DNA of 64,000 bases, taken from the NCBI GenBank assembly GCA_963754315.1, contig CAVWFS010000019.1, positions 320,001-384,000 on the forward strand. Reading direction: 5' to 3'. Origin of the DNA: an uncultured Candidatus Rokubacteria bacterium (GTDB lineage Bacteria; Methylomirabilota; Methylomirabilia; Rokubacteriales; CSP1-6). This document shows positions 18,874-28,898 of the stretch, piece by piece. Numbering within the stretch: the first letter of the stretch is position 1; each line of letters starts with the position of its first letter. The notes beneath the pieces were generated by a model. It did not search any database and had not been told where the DNA came from. It saw nothing but the letters and a program-made list of their open reading frames with translations. The translations under genes and the position numbers were made by a program.

Positions 18874-19845
18874 GTGGATTTCGAGCTTCTCGTCGGCATC
18901 TTTCCGCAGGTCCTGCTCGACGGGATCATTCTCGGCTTCATGTACGCCTTGATCGCGCTGGGCTACACGATGGTGTACGGCGTGCTCGAGTTCATCAACT
19001 TCGCCCACTCGGAGATCTTCGTGGTGGGCGCGTTCGTGGGGGTGGAGATCCTGCTGGGGCTCAAGCGGGCCGGGCTGCTGGACAGTGTGCCCTGGCCGTT
19101 CGTGCTGGTCCTCGTCCTGGTGGCCGGCATGACCGTGAGCGGCCTCCTGGCCGTCACCGTGGAGCGGGTCGCCTACCGGCCACTGCGGGGCTCACCGCGG
19201 CTGATCCCGCTCATCTCGGCCATCGGCGTTTCCTTCTTTCTGCAAGACCTCGTGCGCTTCGTGGAGTCGCTCTGGCAGAACGCCTTCAACCTCGTCTATC
19301 CGACCATCGACGCTCTCGACGTCCGCTTCGAGCTAACCCCGACCATCGACATCTCGGTGAAGTCTCTGGTGGTCATCGCGGGTGCGCTCATCACCCTCGG
19401 GGTCCTGCACCTGGTGGTCAATCGCACGAAGATCGGCATGGCCATTCGCGCTGTGGCCGAAGACCAGGCCGCGGCGAGCCTGATGGGCATCAACGTCAAC
19501 CGCATCATTTCCCTGACCTTCCTGATCGGGGGCGCTATGGGAGGGGCGGCCGGTGTCCTGTTCGGGGTCCAGTACGGCCTCGTCAATCCCTACAGCGGCT
19601 TTACTCCCGGGCTCAAAGCCTTCACGGCCGCCGTGCTGGGCGGGATCGGCAACATCCCCGGTGCCATGATCGGGGGCCTGGTGCTGGGGCTCCTGGAGGC
19701 GTTCGCCGCCTCCTACCTGTCACTGCTGACGGGCGGCGCCTTCGGCGCCGAGTACAAGGACATCTTCGCCTTCTCCATCTTGATCCTGATCCTCATCTTC
19801 CGACCCAAGGGCCTTCTCGGCGAAGTGGTACGGGAGCGGGCGTGA
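18874..19845 (+). CDS. livH: BCAA ABC permease LivH
   Basis: YALIALGYTMVYGVLEFINFAH, LKAFTAAVLGGIG, RPKGLLG. Confidence 0.95.
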   Translation: MDFELLVGIFPQVLLDGIILGFMYALIALGYTMVYGVLEFINFAHSEIFVVGAFVGVEILLGLKRAGLLDSVPWPFVLVLVLVAGMTVSGLLAVTVERVAYRPLRGSPRLIPLISAIGVSFFLQDLVRFVESLWQNAFNLVYPTIDALDVRFELTPTIDISVKSLVVIAGALITLGVLHLVVNRTKIGMAIRAVAEDQAAASLMGINVNRIISLTFLIGGAMGGAAGVLFGVQYGLVNPYSGFTPGLKAFTAAVLGGIGNIPGAMIGGLVLGLLEAFAASYLSLLTGGAFGAEYKDIFAFSILILILIFRPKGLLGEVVRERA

Positions 19846-21065
19846 TCCGCTCCGTCCTCGCCGTCGTGCTCCTCGCCATCTCGGTGGCGGCGGTGGCCAC
19901 CTTCCCGCGCTCGATCCTGGCCTTCCTGCTCTTTCAGGGCTCGTTGCTGGCCATCTACCTCTCGCGCTTGCCCGCCTGGCTGCGGGGCGGCCTCTTCGCC
20001 CTGGCTCTTCTGGTGATGATGCCGATCATCGGGTCCTTCAACGCGTATTACCTCGAGGTGGCGACCCAGGTCGGCATCTTCGTCGCCCTCGCCCTCGGCC
20101 TCAACATCGTGGTGGGGCTGGCCGGCCTCCTCGATCTCGGCTACGTGGCGTTCTTCGCGGTGGGCGCTTATTCCTGGGCAATATTCGGCTCGCCCCAGGC
20201 GAACTTCATCTTCGGCGGGGGCTTTCCCCTCGCGTCCTGGTGGTTCTATGCCTTCCTGGGGGTCGGCCTCCTGGTGGCGGCCGCCTGCGGCGTGGTGCTC
20301 GGCCTGCCCGTCCTCCGCCTACGGGGCGACTACTTGGCCATCGTCACCCTGGGCTTCGGCGAGGTCATTCGGGTCCTGGCCAATAATCTCGACAAGCCCA
20401 TCAACATCACCAACGGGCCCAAGGGCATCACCCCTATCGTGCGCCCGCCCGTCCCCTTCGGCATCTCGTACGGCGAGTTCTTCTACTTTCTCGTGCTGGC
20501 CATCGTGGTAGTCGTGATCCTCGTCAACCGGCGTCTGGCGGACTCGCACATCGGCCGCGCGTGGGAAGCCATGCGCGAGGATGATCTGGCCGCTCAGGCC
20601 ATGGGGGTACCCCTGGTCCGCGCCAAGCTCATGGCCTTCGCCTGCGGCGCTTCGTTCGCCGGAGTCATGGGGGTCGTCTTCGCATCGAAGCAGGTCTTCA
20701 TCAACCCCGAGTCCTTTACCTTTCTCGAATCTATTGGCGTGCTGGCCATGGTCATCCTGGGCGGGATGGGCTCCATCCCGGGCGCCGTGCTTGGCGCCAC
20801 CGTCGTCACCGTCCTGAATCTCCAGGTGCTCAAGGGCTTTTCCCTCTGGCTGAACGAGCTGAAGAACGCGGGCGTGACGATCCTCGGCTTCGAGCTGGCC
20901 GCGCTCCCCACCCAGTTCGAGCCCGCCAAGTACGAGCGCATGATCTTCGGGCTCATCCTGGTTCTCATGATGATCTTCCGTCCTCAGGGAATCCTCCCCG
21001 CCCAGCGGCGCCAGCGTGAGCTTCGGCGCCGGCCGGCGCCGGTCTCGGAGGGTTCCGCACCGTGA
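19842..21065 (+). CDS. livM: BCAA ABC permease LivM
   Basis: LGLNIVVGLAGLLDLGYVAFFAVGAY, RLRGDYLAIVTLGFGE; GTG start overlapping the livH stop. Confidence 0.93.
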   Translation: MIRSVLAVVLLAISVAAVATFPRSILAFLLFQGSLLAIYLSRLPAWLRGGLFALALLVMMPIIGSFNAYYLEVATQVGIFVALALGLNIVVGLAGLLDLGYVAFFAVGAYSWAIFGSPQANFIFGGGFPLASWWFYAFLGVGLLVAAACGVVLGLPVLRLRGDYLAIVTLGFGEVIRVLANNLDKPINITNGPKGITPIVRPPVPFGISYGEFFYFLVLAIVVVVILVNRRLADSHIGRAWEAMREDDLAAQAMGVPLVRAKLMAFACGASFAGVMGVVFASKQVFINPESFTFLESIGVLAMVILGGMGSIPGAVLGATVVTVLNLQVLKGFSLWLNELKNAGVTILGFELAALPTQFEPAKYERMIFGLILVLMMIFRPQGILPAQRRQRELRRRPAPVSEGSAP

Positions 21066-21865
21066 CGACGCTGTTCGAGGCACGCGGCATCACCAAGCGC
21101 TTCGGCGGGCTCACCGCCGTGCACGACGTCGATTTCGCGCTCGAGAGCGGCATCGCGTCGATCATCGGGCCCAACGGGGCTGGTAAGACGACTCTCTTCA
21201 ACGTCTTTACCGGGCTCTACGTGCCCGACGCGGGGCAGGTCACCTTCAAGAGCCACCTGCTGACCGGTCGGCGGCCCGACCAGATCACGGCGTTCGGTGT
21301 GTGCCGGACGTTCCAGAACATCCGCCTCTTCGGCAACATGACGGTGATCGAGAACGTCCTGGTGGGCATGCACTCGCGCGTCCGGCTGAGTCTGTGGGAT
21401 GTGCTCGTGCGCGGAGGGCGCTTCCACCGGACGGAAGGCGCGCTGTTTGAGCGAGGGGCGGGGCTGCTCGATCGGGTCGGCCTGCGTGAGCAGGCCAACG
21501 ACCTTGCGCGGAGCCTCCCCTACGGCGATCAGCGCCGGCTGGAGATCGCGCGGGCCCTCGGCTCCGAGCCAGCGCTCCTCCTTCTCGACGAGCCCACGGC
21601 CGGGATGACCCAGGGCGAGGCGCGCACCTTGATGGATCTGTTGCGGCGCCTGGTGAGCGATCTCGGGCTAGCTATCGTCCTCATCGAGCACAACATGCGG
21701 GTCGTCATGGAGGTCTCCGACCGGGTGACCGTGCTCGACCACGGCGAGAAGATCGCGGAGGGGCGCCCCGCGGACGTGCAGGCCGATGCGCGGGTGATCG
21801 AGGCCTATCTGGGACGGGCCGCCAGTGCTGGCCGCGCCGCGAGAGCGCCGCGTGCTCCGCGTTGA
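21062..21865 (+). CDS. livG: BCAA ABC ATPase LivG
   Basis: FGGLTAV, GPNGAGKTT, LPYGDQRRLEIARAL, LLLDEP. Confidence 0.95.
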   Translation: MTTLFEARGITKRFGGLTAVHDVDFALESGIASIIGPNGAGKTTLFNVFTGLYVPDAGQVTFKSHLLTGRRPDQITAFGVCRTFQNIRLFGNMTVIENVLVGMHSRVRLSLWDVLVRGGRFHRTEGALFERGAGLLDRVGLREQANDLARSLPYGDQRRLEIARALGSEPALLLLDEPTAGMTQGEARTLMDLLRRLVSDLGLAIVLIEHNMRVVMEVSDRVTVLDHGEKIAEGRPADVQADARVIEAYLGRAASAGRAARAPRAPR

Positions 21866-22553
21866 CGCGCTCCACGTCTACTACGGCGAGATCCACGCCC
21901 TCAAGGGAGTGACCTTAGCGGTTGAGCGGGGCGAGATCGTGGCCCTGCTCGGCAACAACGGCGCCGGCAAGACCACCACCTTGAAGACCATCTCCGGCCT
22001 CCTCACGCCGCGCACGGGAGCCGTGAGCCTGGAGGGTGAGGCGCTCACCGGGCGACCAGCCCACGAGGTGGTGCTGAAGGGAATCGCCCACGTTCCCGAG
22101 GGACGGCGAATCTTCAACCGCCTCACCGTCCGGGAGAACCTCCTGATGGGAGCCTATCGGCGGCACGACGGCGGTATCGCGGGGGACCTGGAGCGCGCGC
22201 TCACGCTCTTTCCGCGTCTCGGTGAGCGGCTCGTCCAGGTGGCGGGGACGCTTTCCGGCGGCGAACAGCAGATGCTGGCCATCGCGCGCGCGCTCATGGC
22301 CAATCCCCGGCTGTTGCTCCTCGACGAGCCTAGCATGGGGCTGGCGCCCGTCCTGGTGGAGCAGATCTTCCAGACCATTGACGACATCAACCGCCAGGGC
22401 ACCACCATCCTCCTCGTCGAACAGAACGCGGCCATGGCCCTGTCCATCGCGCATCGCGCATACGTGCTGGAGACGGGGGTAGTGGCCCTCGCCGGCCCGG
22501 CCGGAGAGCTGGCAGAGAATCCCGACGTACGACGCGCCTACCTGGGCGAGTAG
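21852..22553 (+). CDS. livF: BCAA ABC ATPase LivF
   Basis: GNNGAGKTT, PEGRRIF, LSGGEQQM, LDEPSMGLAP. Confidence 0.95.
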   Translation: MLRVDALHVYYGEIHALKGVTLAVERGEIVALLGNNGAGKTTTLKTISGLLTPRTGAVSLEGEALTGRPAHEVVLKGIAHVPEGRRIFNRLTVRENLLMGAYRRHDGGIAGDLERALTLFPRLGERLVQVAGTLSGGEQQMLAIARALMANPRLLLLDEPSMGLAPVLVEQIFQTIDDINRQGTTILLVEQNAAMALSIAHRAYVLETGVVALAGPAGELAENPDVRRAYLGE

Positions 22554-22601
22554 CGGACGGGGATATGATGACGACGGGCGGACAGCGGGAGAGGAGCACG
22601 C

Positions 22602-23075
22602 ATGCAGACCCAGGGACTGACGTTCGAGGCGCATACCATCGGGGCGAAGTATCACACCCGCCGGCGGACGGTGTCGGAGACGGACATCGTCACCTTCGTC
22701 AACCTGTGCGGTTTCATTGAGCCGCTCTTCGTGGATATGGAGTATGTGGCCCACCAGTCGGTCTTCAAGAAGCGGGCGGCGCCGGGCGCGCTGACGTTCG
22801 CTCTCTCCGAAGGTCTCATCATCCAGACGGGGCTCATCCACGGCACGGGCATGGCCTATCTGGGGGGCGAGATGCGGCTAGTCGCCCCCGTGCTCGAAGG
22901 CGACACGATCCAGGTGGAGGTCGAGGTCGCCGACAAGCGCGAGACGAAAAAGTCCGATCGGGGGATCGTGAGTTATACGCACCGGGTCACCAACCAGCGG
23001 GGCGAGATCGTGCTGGAAGCTCGCCTGCAGCGCATGATCCGACGTGAAACAGCCGCCGGGGGCCCGGAGCGGTGA
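22602..23075 (+). CDS. MaoC/hotdog-fold dehydratase
   Basis: RRTVSETDIVTF, PVLEGDTI, NQRGEIV. Confidence 0.85.
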   Translation: MQTQGLTFEAHTIGAKYHTRRRTVSETDIVTFVNLCGFIEPLFVDMEYVAHQSVFKKRAAPGALTFALSEGLIIQTGLIHGTGMAYLGGEMRLVAPVLEGDTIQVEVEVADKRETKKSDRGIVSYTHRVTNQRGEIVLEARLQRMIRRETAAGGPER

Positions 23076-23506
23076 GACCTTTCCGCTCGACGGGACGCTT
23101 TGTCGCCCCGCTCGGAGTGTTCGCCCTGCTCATGATCGCGTGCTCGCCGACACCTTACCGGCCCCTGAAGCTCGAGGGCGGCTACACGGACACACGCATG
23201 AGCGCCGACACCTTCAACGTGATCTTTAGGGCCAACAGTCATACCTCACGGCAGACCGCCGAGACCTACGCGCTCTATCGTGCCGCTGAGCTCACCGTCG
23301 AGTCGGGCTACGAGTACTTCGTGGTCATCGGGGGCAATTCGGAGGCGCTCTACGGCGGTATGCCCGAAAGCGCGCCGACGAACTCGAGCGGGGCGATTCT
23401 CTCGATCGTGGTGCTCTTCAGGGCTTTCAAGGGCGAGAAGCCCTCAGGCCCGGCCTTCAACGCCAGGGATGTGCTCCGAGAGCTCGGACCCAGCATCGCC
23501 CGATAG
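23072..23506 (+). CDS. Lipoprotein, CC0125/CC1285-like
   Basis: Lipobox MIAC, GGYTD..F..N..T..ALYRAAELT..GYEYF pattern. Confidence 0.7.
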   Translation: MRPFRSTGRFVAPLGVFALLMIACSPTPYRPLKLEGGYTDTRMSADTFNVIFRANSHTSRQTAETYALYRAAELTVESGYEYFVVIGGNSEALYGGMPESAPTNSSGAILSIVVLFRAFKGEKPSGPAFNARDVLRELGPSIAR

Positions 23507-23542
23507 GCTCCTCTGTCCGGCCGGTTTGCTAGCATGACGCCG

Positions 23543-25444
23543 ATGTCGCGGCCGGGGATTCTAGCTCGGGAGGGGGCCATACTGGTCGTCCTCCTCTGCG
23601 TGGCCAGCGCGTGCGCCACTCCCATCGGCGTCGTCAAGGCCAGCCCCCAGGCCGTGTATCACACGCTCACGGCCAGCGTGCTCACCACAGGCAGGCCAAG
23701 CGCAACCAGTGAGCAAGTGCTGCATCGCAACGGTCTTACCGAGCGCTTCAGCAAGGAGCCCGAGGTCGTGTTGGCCGAGCTGCGGGGGACAGGGGTCGGG
23801 CTCAATCGGGACGACATCTTCGCGCTGGCCGAGCTGTCGTTCCTCCACGCGGAAAGCAGCCAGAAGCGGGACTACTACCTAGCCTCGGCCGTGTATGCCT
23901 ACGCCTTTCTCTTTCCGGAGGATCAGACGATCGAGAACAGCCCTCTCGACCCACGGCTTGGGCTTTCGGCCAACCTGTACAACCTTGGACTGACTCTGGG
24001 TTTGGCTTCGCCCGACGGCGACCTTGACTTACAGCCGGGCCCTCGTCCCCTCCCGTTCGGGCAGCTAATCCTCGAAACCGATCCGGAGGATTTCCTCTGG
24101 GCTGGCTACCGATTGAATCGGTTCGTGCCCGTGGCCCAGTTCAAGGTGCGCGGTCTTCGCAACCGTTATCGACAGCCGGGAGTGGGCGCCCCGCTGGCGG
24201 CGGGGGTGACCCCGGAAGGACAGGGGCCAGCCGCCGAGCGCGCGCGCAAGCACATCCCAGCTCGCGTCAAGGTCGCGGGGACGGCCCTCGTCCGCATCGC
24301 GCGGCCTCTCGAGGGCATTGCCACCGGACAGGTCCTCGGACAGCTCGAGCTCCACACGATTGACGGGGCCCTCACGGTGCAGATCAACGGGCAGAGAGTA
24401 CCCCTGGAGCTGGAGCCGACCGCCACCCTGGCCTATCAGCTCGAGGGAGCCCACGTCTGGGACACCGAACTCGCGGGGTTCCTCTCCGCCGATCAGAAGG
24501 TCTCCCCTGAAGGCCTCGGGATGATCCACCCCTACCGGCCGGGGCGAGTGCCGGTGGTCCTGATCCACGGGACCGCCTCGAGCCCGGCGCGCTGGGCGGA
24601 GATGGTCAACGAGCTCGAGAACGACCCGGTGCTCCGGGACCGTCTGCAGTTCTGGTTATTCACGTACAACACGAGCAATCCAATCCTGCTCTCGGCCAGC
24701 GAGCTGCGCGACGCGCTGGCCGGAACCTTGGCGGACTTCGATCCCGAGGGACGCGACCCCGCTCTACAGACCATCGTTCTGATCGGCCACAGCCAGGGGG
24801 GTATGCTCACACGCTTGATGGTCACCGACAGCGGGACCCGTTTCTGGGACGCGGCAAGCCGGAAATCCTTCGACGAGATCAAGGCCGATCCCGCGCTGCG
24901 GGAGCAGCTTCAAAAGACCATGTTCTTCAAACCGCTCCCCTATGTCACCCGCGTCGTATTCATTGCCACCCCCCACCAGGGAAGCTTCCGAGTGTCGACG
25001 TTCGTCTTGAGTCTCGTCCGCCGACTCGTCACGCTGCCGATAAGGCTCGCGAAGGACATGAAGGATCTGGTGGACCAGAATCCTGATCTTCTGGCGACCG
25101 GCGAGGTCCCGACGGCCGTAGACAACATGCGTCCCGGAAATCGCTTCGTGAAAACACTCTCGGCGAGCCCCATCGCTGACGGGGTGGTGGCGCACTCCAT
25201 CGTGGCGGTTCAGGGGGATGGCCCCATCAGCAGCCTGGGTGACGGAGTGGTGCTGTACCAGAGCGCGCATCTCGAAGGGGTCGCTTCAGAGAAGGTCGTC
25301 CGCTCCAGTCACTCGACACAGGGCGAGCCGGCCACGATCGAAGAGGTCCGACGGATCCTTCGCGAGCACATCGCGGAGTGGGATCGCTCACGGCCACCCC
25401 GGGTGGAGGACAGACCCCCAATGATCCGGGAGGAGTCACAGTAA
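23543..25444 (+). CDS. Lipoprotein alpha/beta hydrolase (esterase/lipase-like)
   Basis: Lipobox ASAC, PVVLIHG, GHSQGG nucleophile elbow, ATPHQGS, DGVV, C-terminal His; start 23534 or 23543. Confidence 0.85.
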   Translation: MSRPGILAREGAILVVLLCVASACATPIGVVKASPQAVYHTLTASVLTTGRPSATSEQVLHRNGLTERFSKEPEVVLAELRGTGVGLNRDDIFALAELSFLHAESSQKRDYYLASAVYAYAFLFPEDQTIENSPLDPRLGLSANLYNLGLTLGLASPDGDLDLQPGPRPLPFGQLILETDPEDFLWAGYRLNRFVPVAQFKVRGLRNRYRQPGVGAPLAAGVTPEGQGPAAERARKHIPARVKVAGTALVRIARPLEGIATGQVLGQLELHTIDGALTVQINGQRVPLELEPTATLAYQLEGAHVWDTELAGFLSADQKVSPEGLGMIHPYRPGRVPVVLIHGTASSPARWAEMVNELENDPVLRDRLQFWLFTYNTSNPILLSASELRDALAGTLADFDPEGRDPALQTIVLIGHSQGGMLTRLMVTDSGTRFWDAASRKSFDEIKADPALREQLQKTMFFKPLPYVTRVVFIATPHQGSFRVSTFVLSLVRRLVTLPIRLAKDMKDLVDQNPDLLATGEVPTAVDNMRPGNRFVKTLSASPIADGVVAHSIVAVQGDGPISSLGDGVVLYQSAHLEGVASEKVVRSSHSTQGEPATIEEVRRILREHIAEWDRSRPPRVEDRPPMIREESQ

Positions 25445-25466
25445 TGTTTATGCGTCGTGAGGCCGG

Positions 25467-26106
25467 TCACTTGGTGGGCAGCGGCGACGTGATACCCATC
25501 GAGACATAGATCGCCGTCAACGTCTCCACGCCAATGTTGGCAGGCCGCACCCAGCTCATCGGCACGTACAGCAAGGCACCGCCAAACGGCACCGGTGCCG
25601 TCGGAATCAGCACGGCAAGGTATGGGCGCCCGTCGATGTCGACGGGCTGAGCGTTGGGAGCCAGCGCGAGCACGGCCACGCTGTCGCCACCGAAGAAGCA
25701 CCACACCGGGCTCATAGCGCCGATGTCCGCCTCCTGCTTTCGGTCGAGCAGGCCGACGAAGCGGTCGGCGATGTTATAGAGGCTGCCGACCAAGGGAATC
25801 CGCCGTAGCGTTCGATCGGTCAGATTTTTCAGGGGCCGCTTCAGACCCGCTTGTGCCGCCAAACCCAGCAGATAGACGGCCGCGATCAGCACGAGGGTGC
25901 CCGAAGACGTACGCGAGACCGGGATTGCTCGAGAATGGATACCCCAGGGCGGCAAAGATCCGGCCGACCACGCTGCCCGGTCCGACGATTCGGTTCACCA
26001 GACCGACGACCCACGCCAGCACCGCCGCCGTAAGCGCCAGAGGCAACAAGACGAGCAGCCCGGCCAGCCACGTCTCTGCGATGGACTCGAAACTGCGCTT
26101 GATCAT
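25467..26106 (-). pseudogene. DUF502 membrane protein, split by a +1 frameshift (possibly a sequencing error)
   Basis: LAGLLVLLPLALT in one frame and RIPLVGSLY..IPTAPVPFGG..SMGI in another; the span is 3n+1 and removing one C at 25900-25902 joins them. Confidence 0.8.
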
Positions 26107-26196
26107 GGGTCGCGAGACGCCGGTAGTGTAGCGCACCCGTGAGAGCGAGACGGTTGCCAGAGGAAGGTCAGTGGACTACTGTCCCGACGTGGTGCC

Positions 26197-27054
26197 ATGA
26201 GCGATCGAACCACGTCCCCTTCCGCTCACGCCCGCGGATTCGGGCTCGAGTCACCGGCCGTCCGCATTGGGCTCCTGGTCGTGCTGGCCGTGGTGAGCAT
26301 CTCGGTCCTGTGCTTCATGCCACGCATTCCTCAGCCCCTCGCCTACCACAACTTTGCCGACCAGCGAACACTGCTCGGCATCCCTCATGCCCTGAACGTT
26401 GTGTCCAACCTGCCGTTCCTCCTGGTCGGGGTCGCTGGCCTGGGCTTCATCCGATGCCAATCTCCCTACCCGGCCGGGCGCCACTTTCTGTCCTCTGCCG
26501 AGCGCTGGCCCTGGTTCATCTTCTTCCTCGGCACGACCCTCACCGGTGTCGGGTCGGCCTGGTACCACCTCGCTCCCGACAACGCGCGGCTCGTCTGGGA
26601 CCGTTTGCCCATGACGCTCGGCTTCATGTCACTGTTTGCGGTGATGATCGCCGAGCGCATCGACCTTCGGCTGGGGCTCGGGTTACTCGGACCATTGGTG
26701 GCGGCCGGACTCGGGAGCGTCCTCTACTGGCACTGGACGGAGCTTGCCGGGGCGGGCGACCTCCGCCCCTATGCCGCGGTTCAGTTTTTCCCGTTCCTCG
26801 CTATCCCGCTCATGTTGCTACTCCTCCCGGCCCGCTACACCGGCACGGCCGACATCTGGATCGCGCTTCTGTGGTACGGCCTCGGCAAGCTCTTCGAGGC
26901 GCTCGATGGTCAGATCTACGAGCTGACTCACCACGTCATCAGCGGCCATTCCTTGAAACACCTGGCGACGGCGGCCGCGGCGTGGTGGTTTCTGCGCATG
27001 CTTCGTCGGCGCGTTCCACTGGCGCCTTCGCAGGAAGCCCCCGGCCTGCCTTGA
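26197..27054 (+). CDS. Alkaline ceramidase-like (CREST family) membrane hydrolase
   Basis: YHNFADQR, NVVSNLPF, GSAWYH, WDRLPM, SGHSLKH. Confidence 0.85.
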   Translation: MSDRTTSPSAHARGFGLESPAVRIGLLVVLAVVSISVLCFMPRIPQPLAYHNFADQRTLLGIPHALNVVSNLPFLLVGVAGLGFIRCQSPYPAGRHFLSSAERWPWFIFFLGTTLTGVGSAWYHLAPDNARLVWDRLPMTLGFMSLFAVMIAERIDLRLGLGLLGPLVAAGLGSVLYWHWTELAGAGDLRPYAAVQFFPFLAIPLMLLLLPARYTGTADIWIALLWYGLGKLFEALDGQIYELTHHVISGHSLKHLATAAAAWWFLRMLRRRVPLAPSQEAPGLP

Positions 27055-27208
27055 CCGGTCCTTCGCCCCCGGCCTATCATTCAATCTGTTCCTCACGCAG
27101 TTCAAACCATGATGGACGGGGTGCGCGGGCAGTGGCGGCGAGGCTCAGTCGCCTGCATGGTGAGCCGTGGTTTCTTGCCCTGAACATCGCGACCAGAGGA
27201 GACACGTC

Positions 27209-27700
27209 ATGAGCACCCTCGTGGTGATCGAGTACGACGATCAGTACAAGGCGGAGGAGATGCGGCTGAAGTTGCGCAAGATGCAGAAGGAGTACCTCAT
27301 CGATCTGGAAGACGCGGTGGTGGCCGTGAAGGACGACAAGGGGAAGATCAAGCTGCACCAGGCAATCAACCTGACCGCCGCCGGCGCGGTGAGCGGGGGC
27401 TTTTGGGGGTCGCTCATCGGCCTCATCTTCCTCAATCCACTCCTGGGCATGGCGATGGGGGCGGCGGCGGGGGCAGTCTCCGGCGCCCTGCGCGATGTCG
27501 GCATCGACGACCGATTCATGAAAGATCTCGCCGATGGCTTGCCTGCCAAAAGCTCGGCGCTGTTCGTCCTGGTCAGGAAGAGCACGCCAGACCGCGTGCT
27601 GGAAGAGGTCAAAGGGATGGGCGGCAAGATTCTGAAGACCTCGCTCACGCACGAGGACGAGACCAAGCTCCAGACGGCCCTCAACGCCGCCAAGCAGTAG
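27209..27700 (+). CDS. DUF1269 family membrane protein
   Basis: MSTLVVIEY, LIDLEDAVV, GGFWGSLIGLIFLNP, DVGIDD; GAGGAG RBS. Confidence 0.88.
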   Translation: MSTLVVIEYDDQYKAEEMRLKLRKMQKEYLIDLEDAVVAVKDDKGKIKLHQAINLTAAGAVSGGFWGSLIGLIFLNPLLGMAMGAAAGAVSGALRDVGIDDRFMKDLADGLPAKSSALFVLVRKSTPDRVLEEVKGMGGKILKTSLTHEDETKLQTALNAAKQ

Positions 27701-27710
27701 ACCTGAACGA

Positions 27711-27765
27711 CGCCCCGTCGCGCGTGTAACCGCGCTGGCGCTGATCGCCAGCGCGGGACGGGGCG
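27711..27765. terminator. Nested GC-rich hairpin between convergent genes
   Basis: CGCCCCGTC/GACGGGGCG outer stem and CCGCGCTGGCG/CGCCAGCGCGG inner stem. Confidence 0.5.
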
Positions 27766-27815
27766 CCCGCTCTCTGCCCGAGATGTTCTGCGACCGGTCT
27801 AGAGGCGCGACGGGC

Positions 27816-27836
27816 TCACAGGTCGGGCATCAGCAT
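27816..27836 (-). pseudogene. Stub of a VapC-type PIN toxin (MLMPDL*)
   Basis: ATG 8 nt after the antitoxin stop; MLMPD resembles the start of M-x-x-P-D-V-N PIN toxins, then an immediate stop. Confidence 0.45.
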
Positions 27837-27844
27837 GGGAAGGG

Positions 27845-28107
27845 TCAGCGTCGACGACGCTTCCAACCCTCGAGGTCTTCGCGTCTCCTCGATCGTTCGG
27901 AGCTTCGTCAGATCGACGCCAGGTCGCAGCCCCTCACCCTTTACCGTGATGAGTCGGAACGGCGCCCCCCTGGACGGCGCCTCGCGCCGGGTGAGCTGAG
28001 CGCGCAACGCCTCCGCGATGACGGCGCTGACCGACTTGCCCTCGCTCCCAGGCCCGCCGTTTGACGTCCGCCGCGAGCCCTTCGTCGAGCGTGATCGTCG
28101 TACGCAT
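27845..28107 (-). pseudogene. VapB/CopG-type RHH antitoxin with two +1 frameshifts
   Basis: Reassembles as MRTTITLDEGLAADVKRRA..EGKSVSAVIAEALRAQL..PFRLITVKGEGLRPGVDL..EDLEGWKRRRR*; span is 3n+2. Confidence 0.75.
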
Positions 28108-28150
28108 GCATCAGATCATACCGCTACTACATCAGCGATGCAGCCTGTGG

Positions 28151-28670
28151 CTAGTGCCCGGCGACGTCCTCGAAGAACCTGGCGAAGGCCACGATACCGC
28201 CGCCGGCCTGGCCCCAGTCGAAATTCTCGTTGGGGGCGTGATAGCCATGCTCGGGGAGCGACAGGCCCATGAACACGATCGGGCACTTGAGGATCTGCTC
28301 CATGAAGAGGACGGCTCCGATAGTGCCGCCCTCGCGCACGATCACGGGGTTCTTGCCGAAGGCGAACTTCATCGCGTCCTTGACTGACTCGAAGTAGGGC
28401 CCCTCGGTGACGCCCCTGTATGCCGGGGCCGCCTTGGCCGCCTCGATCCGCACGTCAGGGTTGCGCCGCTTGACGAAGCCCTTGACGAGTTTCACCACCT
28501 TCTCGCCCTTCATGTTCGGCACCAGCCGCATCGAGACCTTCAGCTCGGCGCGCGGCGGCACGATGGTCTTGACGCCGGGGCCCGCGCAGCCGCCCGCCAA
28601 GCCGTTGACCTCGAAGGTCGGGATTGCCCACAGCCGCTTGACCGCGTCGAGGGGGTCGCGGGTGCGGACT
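28151..28670 (-). pseudogene. C-terminal fragment of an M20 (ArgE/DapE-like) dipeptidase
   Basis: PTFEVNG..GVKTIVP..KVSMRLVP, REGGTI, YHAPNENF; the N-terminal metal-binding half is absent. Confidence 0.8.
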
Positions 28671-28898
28671 GGGAGGGCCGCTCGCGGCGTAGTCCGCGTC
28701 GGCATCGAGGCGCCCCGTCAGGAGCAACTCTCTGCCCAGCGCCGCGAACGTGCTCGCCGCACTCGCGATCGTCAGTGACTGCAAAAGATCTGAGTGTCGA
28801 ACATAACATAGCTTTCAGGACGGTACCCTTAGGGTGACTTCGTCCACAGCCCAGAGCCGGGGTACACTGGCACCGCGAATCCAGCAGCGAGGTGACGC

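Noticed and set aside
17467..19008. Long antisense ORFs (also 42764-44197, 52132-53406, 59907-61100 and others)
   Set aside because: They mirror well-supported genes on the other strand, as expected from high-GC codon bias, and show no motifs
18756..21065. 769-aa ORF as a single protein
   Set aside because: The first 362 codons are a shadow frame over livH; livM starts at GTG 19842
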